Shown: in pieces, positions 46,001-47,038 of the stretch | Layout: every line of letters begins with the position of its first letter | Position numbering within the stretch: the stretch's first letter is position 1 | Source of the DNA: a virus | Reading direction: 5' to 3' (one strand) | UHGV virus genome: UHGV-0103790 | DNA: 47,038 bases | Program-made: the position numbers and the translations under genes | The notes under the pieces: generated by a model | Seen by the model: the letters and a program-made list of their open reading frames with translations, nothing else | What the model was told of the DNA's origin: nothing | The model's database searches: none

Positions 46001-46336
46001 AAAAATGGTGGCCCTGCACAGGCTGGCTCTATGTATCAGGTTGGCGAGAACAACCTGCCTGAAATCTTCCAGGCCAGCAATGGCAATCAGTACATGATAC
46101 CTGGCGACAACGGAAAGGTTATCAGCAACAAAGACCTTAGCGGCGGTGGCAGTGGTATCATTATTTATAATAATGTCACCAATAACAGCAGCGGAGCAAC
46201 AGCCTCATCAACAGCAAGAGATAATGGTGACGGCTCTGTTACAATTGAGACGATTGTGGCAGATATTAGCGAGGGAGGCCCGATAGCACAAGCGATCTCC
46301 AACCACACCACTGCAACCAGAAGGGCAACAGAATAA
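43043..46336 (+). CDS. tail tape measure protein
   Basis: 1097 aa, Ala/Gln-rich and alpha-helical, with a C-terminal hydrophobic Gly/Ala-rich segment. Confidence 0.8.
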   Translation: MAEEVGGIVYEVGIDTSQLAAGSREIESMLNDLSGNMGRLEASVNRTERSISSMEGTMSSLTGVAKGLLAALSVQQVGAYAQAWQDMSNKLSNAVRDSVPPFETLADVTDRVFDIAQKTRSGLDATATLYARLERSTRSYGVSVEDLTRLTTIINQGFVVSGASAEEASNAIIQLAQGMASGALRGDEFNSVNEQGNRLMIALADSLGVGIGELRNMAAQGKLTTDVIVNGLLSQGDSIGREFAKTTSTISQSLEIAGNNVARFFGENATVKTGVKIFSDSVILASENIQALGTALTIVAGVMGSRYVGALAMSTAAKISDIAASRQQLIAENQQAQSALFAANATQRKAFADKEAALTSLSVAKAEYEAAKGSAAEMLALDALVAAKSRASAASLSLAQAENAQATASARAASAASAASVGIGLARGALALIGGPAGAAMLAAGAIFYFWQKAQQAREEAIRFADSLDKVNDSMKAMNNTQLRGVIADANISISAQKDAVRNLQSEVDALRERYLSFTPAAQEVAESLGQGSQFASEQERVLNELNKKSRDLADAQEKLARTQETAAEASRTLTNNMLTSMGVHDGLIEKGSTLERVQGAVARAFGLTADEINRANQAGQNFNPKSLQVSPPTEEADKIILNLEEQNQLLKIQDERQRAVTKARMEAAKVTDNPNQIARAGELAGQIYDLNEAEKAREKAQNDSQSAANKAATEQENIANKLEQLRQESLLTAESTRELSREQSILAAQQSLGKGATQEQINLAGQYAAKAWDNANAIKAQAEAEKKRVEAVKGFAALKSQTSPMFAVETNYQKDLAALNAYAVAYPQKIAEVEQARAAIEEQYRQQRLDAMWQEWSQQNAATQAAAAAFDAFGQTASNALTGVLTGSMSVSEALQSIGSNVLNAVINSFVQMGVEWLKSVIMGQAGMAAASAATAAQAAGIAAAMAPAAAMTSLATAGANAIPAQAGIVSTVGVAKAMSVAGALKNGGPAQAGSMYQVGENNLPEIFQASNGNQYMIPGDNGKVISNKDLSGGGSGIIIYNNVTNNSSGATASSTARDNGDGSVTIETIVADISEGGPIAQAISNHTTATRRATE

Positions 46337-46806
46337 TGGCTATAGCTTACCCATCATGGCTTCCGCTGGCGCAGCGGGCCAGCAAGAACATGACGACTCA
46401 AACCCCATTCCGCAGCGATCAGCCTGCGGTTGGGGCGCCAATATTTCAAAAGTTAACTACCGATGTTGCAGTAACATGGAGTTTGACGTGGGTTTTTACT
46501 CTGGAGCAAGACCGGGCTTTCATGCAGTGGTTAAGGAGTCCCAAGTATCTCAATAAATGCCACGAATGGTTTACAATGGATGTTGATCTTGGGGGTAGTG
46601 GAAGACAAAACCAGACATTGCATTTTACTGACTATCCCGTTCAAACCAGCATCAATGGTGGCGTCGTAACATGGACAGGAAACGTGATAGCAAAAACGTT
46701 AAATAATAGTGATGATGGCTCTGATGATATTATCGTTGAATATCCACCAAGCCAAAGATTGTGGCTCGATGAAATTGTTAACAGAGACTGGCCGGAGTAT
46801 CCATAA
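46336..46806 (+). CDS. minor tail protein (gpM-like)
   Basis: 156 aa directly after the tape measure gene (ATAATG overlap). Confidence 0.55.
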   Translation: MAIAYPSWLPLAQRASKNMTTQTPFRSDQPAVGAPIFQKLTTDVAVTWSLTWVFTLEQDRAFMQWLRSPKYLNKCHEWFTMDVDLGGSGRQNQTLHFTDYPVQTSINGGVVTWTGNVIAKTLNNSDDGSDDIIVEYPPSQRLWLDEIVNRDWPEYP

Positions 46807-47038
46807 TGCCAACATTGCGTGAATACCAGTCGAAAAGACCAAACTGGAAACTGTATGACACCATAACCTTTTATCATTCTTCATTTGGTTATGTCCGGCT
46901 AGTTGGCAATGAGTTTTCTGATATTGTACTTGGCGGTCATACTTACCAGCCAGTGCGCATGGATGTAACCAGAAGCCAGCAATCGAACACACCGGTAATC
47001 AATGCCACGCTGAAGTTTGCGCGACTGGCTAATGACTT
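46806..47038 (+). CDS. minor tail protein L-like, N-terminal part (runs off the window end and continues at 1-238)
   Basis: ATG at 46806 overlapping the gpM-like stop. No stop codon before the window end. Frame continuity with positions 2-238. Confidence 0.5.
   Translation, partial: MPTLREYQSKRPNWKLYDTITFYHSSFGYVRLVGNEFSDIVLGGHTYQPVRMDVTRSQQSNTPVINATLKFARLAND

Noticed and set aside
1-47038. Searched for CRISPR arrays, integrase/attP, reverse transcriptase (retron/DGR) and toxin-antitoxin pairs
   Set aside because: No spaced direct-repeat array, no tyrosine/serine recombinase motifs, no RT motifs (YxDD) and no convincing TA pair were seen. The small HTH gene at 10398 is a regulator coupled to the primase gene, not an antitoxin.

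Overview
The window reads as a complete, circularly permuted ~47 kb tailed dsDNA phage genome of the lambda/T1-like siphovirus type, from an enterobacterial host. The last ORF (gpL-like, starting 46806) runs off the 3' end and continues in frame at position 1 to a stop at 236-238, so the ends join. The host call rests on a C-terminal DFDDDVPF tail on the phage ssDNA-binding protein, on DnaN motifs, on Rz/Rz1 spanins and on sigma70-type promoters. The modules are as follows.

- **Tail tip (1-5579, +):** an NlpC/P60 K-like peptidase, a gpI/J-like tip protein and an 818-aa tail fibre. The fibre carries a C-terminal SGNH/GDSL esterase domain and two internal carbohydrate-binding-like repeats.
- **Replication and recombination (5677-13338):** on the minus strand a VRR-NUC nuclease, an SF2 helicase, an SSB-like protein, Gp157 and a Sak4 RecA-like ATPase. 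On the plus strand an XRE-type helix-turn-helix (HTH) regulator and an AEP-primase/SF3-helicase.
- **Early control region (13374-14545):** a tandem winged-helix protein next to an AT-rich, iteron-bearing region with a consensus promoter.
- **Small early genes (14550-17580):** these include HNH nucleases and a DUF551 protein.
- **Packaging and head (17698-33046):** small terminase, then large terminase interrupted by a 363-aa LAGLIDADG intein in its P-loop, portal and head morphogenesis protein. An accessory island at 25000-30066 holds the lysis cassette (GH24 endolysin, holin, overlapped i/o-spanins) and a Lar-like anti-restriction protein. Scaffold/protease, decoration protein and major capsid follow.
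- **Minus-strand operon inside the structural region (34173-37018):** ParB-like nuclease, beta-class DNA methyltransferase, and a truncated homolog of the host beta sliding clamp DnaN.
- **Head-tail joining genes (37249-39169), then two minus-strand tRNAs (Met-CAT, Arg-TCT)** plus a tRNA-like element, and a ~760 bp repeat-rich noncoding region.
- **Tail (40239-47038):** major tail protein with an Ig-like domain, a homing-endonuclease island, tail chaperone, tape measure, gpM-like and gpL-like proteins.

A conserved 12-nt motif AATCTACGTCAA (reverse complement TTGACGTAGATT) recurs at at least seven divergent-promoter regions.

No integrase, reverse transcriptase or CRISPR array was seen. All protein-family calls come from reading motifs in the six-frame translations, not from database searches.
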